Source: Candidatus Nomurabacteria bacterium
GTDB taxonomy: Bacteria > Patescibacteriota > Minisyncoccia > Phycocordibacterales > UBA9973
Reading direction: 5' to 3'
NCBI GenBank assembly: GCA_943354905.1
Contig: CALRDL010000004.1
Span: 1-58,495 of the forward strand
DNA: 58,495 nucleotides
In this document: positions 56,828 through 58,495 of the stretch, piece by piece
How positions within the stretch are numbered: the first letter of the stretch is position 1
Layout: each line of letters starts with the position of its first letter
Notes under the pieces: model-generated
The model's input: the letters and a program-made list of their open reading frames with translations, nothing else
Databases searched by the model: none
Told to the model about the DNA's origin: nothing
Translations under genes and position numbers: made by a program

Positions 56828-58495
56828 TTATTCTTCTTTTTTTTGTTCTTGATTCATTTTGTAAAATGCAGCGCTAGAATCATTGATTAATTTACCGTAA
56901 TTTCCCTCTTCGACAACTCGACCTCGTTCCATGACTACTATATTATCAGTATATCGCAATGTACCCAAACGATGCGCAATAATTAAGAAAGTTTTATCTT
57001 CCGAATATTCACCTAATAATTTTTCCATGATTTTTCCTTCAGTCTCAGAATCAAGTGATGACGTCGCTTCATCCAATATTATGATAGAGGCATTTTTATA
57101 AATAGCCCTAGCGATACCGAGACGTTGGCGTTCACCACCAGAGAGCATATAGCCCTTCTCGCCTATCATCGCACTCATTCCTTCTGGTAGGCGATTTATC
57201 ACTTCTTCAAGCTGGGAAATTTTTATTGCTTTATTTAAAAGTTCTTCATTTTCTCCACGCATCATTGTGATATTTTCTCGCAAGGAAAGATTGAAAAGTT
57301 CTGTTTCTTGGAGGACTACTGTGATATTACTCAAAGTCTCATTATGGGCAATAGAATAATAATCTTTCATATTATTTTCTTTGCCTATTTTAAATTCTCC
57401 CTCCTTTAAGGCATACAACCCTAGAATAATTTTTGCCAAGGTGGATTTACCAGAGCCAGAAAGTCCCGCCACTCCAGTTTTTGTATTTCGTTTTAATATT
57501 AAACTGAAATCTTGTAATCCTATCTGATCTGACTGATAATTCATGACTGCATCCTTGATTTCAATTTTTTTCCAATCTTCAGGAAAATGTTCGTTGCCAG
57601 TTTTTATGAATTCTGTCTCTGTAAATATTGGCATCATGTTCCCGATATCAGAACGAATATCTAAAATCTCTGAATGTAAATCGGCAATATCACCTAAGGA
57701 TGATTGTAATTTCCAAAAGTAATTATAAAAAACCATAAATGTCCCGACTGTAATTATATTTGAAACTATAGAAGTACCAAGGAAAAATAAGAAAACACCA
57801 AAAACAATACCATTTAAAACTTGAAATGAGCGCCATTTTAAATTCACAGCATGAGATTTTTTTATAGTTATATCACGAGAAAGTGTCTCCTTATCAGAAA
57901 CACGTCCTAACATTGTTTTTTCCACACCGAGAGCCTTTATAGAAAACATATTACTAGTATTTTCCATATAGATACCGCTAGCTGATTGATTTAAATTATT
58001 AAATTCGTTAGTTAAAGCAAAGATTTTTCTACTAAAGAAAAATTCTATGTACAAAAAAATTACAATATAAGTAAAAATAAGAATAACAAATTTAAGATCT
58101 GTAAATAAAAAAATTAAAGCTACACCTGTAATATTCGCAAAAATTCTTAAAATATCTTTAGTAAGTAGTTTTGATAAATTCCTTATACCATCAGCACCAG
58201 TAAAAATGCGTTGGAGTTTGTTTCCAGTGTTTTCTTTATTGTGCCATTCGAGTGAGAATTCTGTAAGCCTTTCAAACCCTAATATTCTAGCTCTTGTACG
58301 GTTATTTAGACCAATAACATTCAAAACATATTTACTTTTAAGCCTGATCATAGAAGCAATGATGAATGTCACACTGACAAATATAACGTAAAAATAAAAA
58401 GTAGATAAAGATTGACCAGGTTGATATGTAGTAAAGAAATCAATGATTTTACCAACAATATATGCGGGTAGCAAATCGTAGAAAAATATAAAAAG
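56828..58495 (-). CDS. ABC exporter, fused TMD-NBD (5' end beyond the window)
   Basis: GLSGSGKST, LSGGERQR, ILDEAT, IAHR; frame open to the window edge. Confidence 0.9.
   Translation of the reverse strand, partial: LFIFFYDLLPAYIVGKIIDFFTTYQPGQSLSTFYFYVIFVSVTFIIASMIRLKSKYVLNVIGLNNRTRARILGFERLTEFSLEWHNKENTGNKLQRIFTGADGIRNLSKLLTKDILRIFANITGVALIFLFTDLKFVILIFTYIVIFLYIEFFFSRKIFALTNEFNNLNQSASGIYMENTSNMFSIKALGVEKTMLGRVSDKETLSRDITIKKSHAVNLKWRSFQVLNGIVFGVFLFFLGTSIVSNIITVGTFMVFYNYFWKLQSSLGDIADLHSEILDIRSDIGNMMPIFTETEFIKTGNEHFPEDWKKIEIKDAVMNYQSDQIGLQDFSLILKRNTKTGVAGLSGSGKSTLAKIILGLYALKEGEFKIGKENNMKDYYSIAHNETLSNITVVLQETELFNLSLRENITMMRGENEELLNKAIKISQLEEVINRLPEGMSAMIGEKGYMLSGGERQRLGIARAIYKNASIIILDEATSSLDSETEGKIMEKLLGEYSEDKTFLIIAHRLGTLRYTDNIVVMERGRVVEEGNYGKLINDSSAAFYKMNQEQKKEE

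Noticed and set aside
2664-58391. Many short ORFs antisense to or nested in recognised genes (e.g. 8748..9161, 15222..15737, 22785..23249, 24297..24743, 50302..50823)
   Set aside because: Shadow frames of well-supported genes with no motifs of their own
1-58495. CRISPR array
   Set aside because: No regularly spaced repeat-spacer series and no cas genes seen; the 18-bp palindromes are dispersed and intragenic

Overview
AT-rich bacterial chromosomal window. Gene content and style point to Patescibacteria/CPR, probably Parcubacteria (inference): a short AspRS lacking most of the GAD insertion, expanded ~550-600 aa Cys-rich paralogs, and many apparently leaderless genes. Housekeeping genes include tRNA-Gln, PBP2, a type IV pilus cluster, ctpA, rplI, rpmA, a Xer-like recombinase, gltX, murG-ftsW-mraY, scpAB, an M1 aminopeptidase, aspS-ribF-ribE-ribH, trpS, dnaB-recR, rplU, cysS and dnaJ. 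Two signals are not in the ORF track. (1) The 29-41 kb region is dense in amino-acid sensing elements: a Tyr-rich leader-peptide attenuator before phhA-phhB, a TrpR plus operator plus Trp-Trp leader peptide before an ATP-grasp ligase, a YerC/TrpR-like repressor whose own 3' end forms an attenuator, and an Asp T-box with an ultra-short Stem I. (2) Several families of short GC-rich palindromes sit in frame inside unrelated genes, including five copies of CCTGCCTGCGCAGGCAGG (LPAQAG) and a 40-bp palindrome carrying the stop codon that splits the aminopeptidase. All structures and family calls were made by eye; no searches or folding programs were run.
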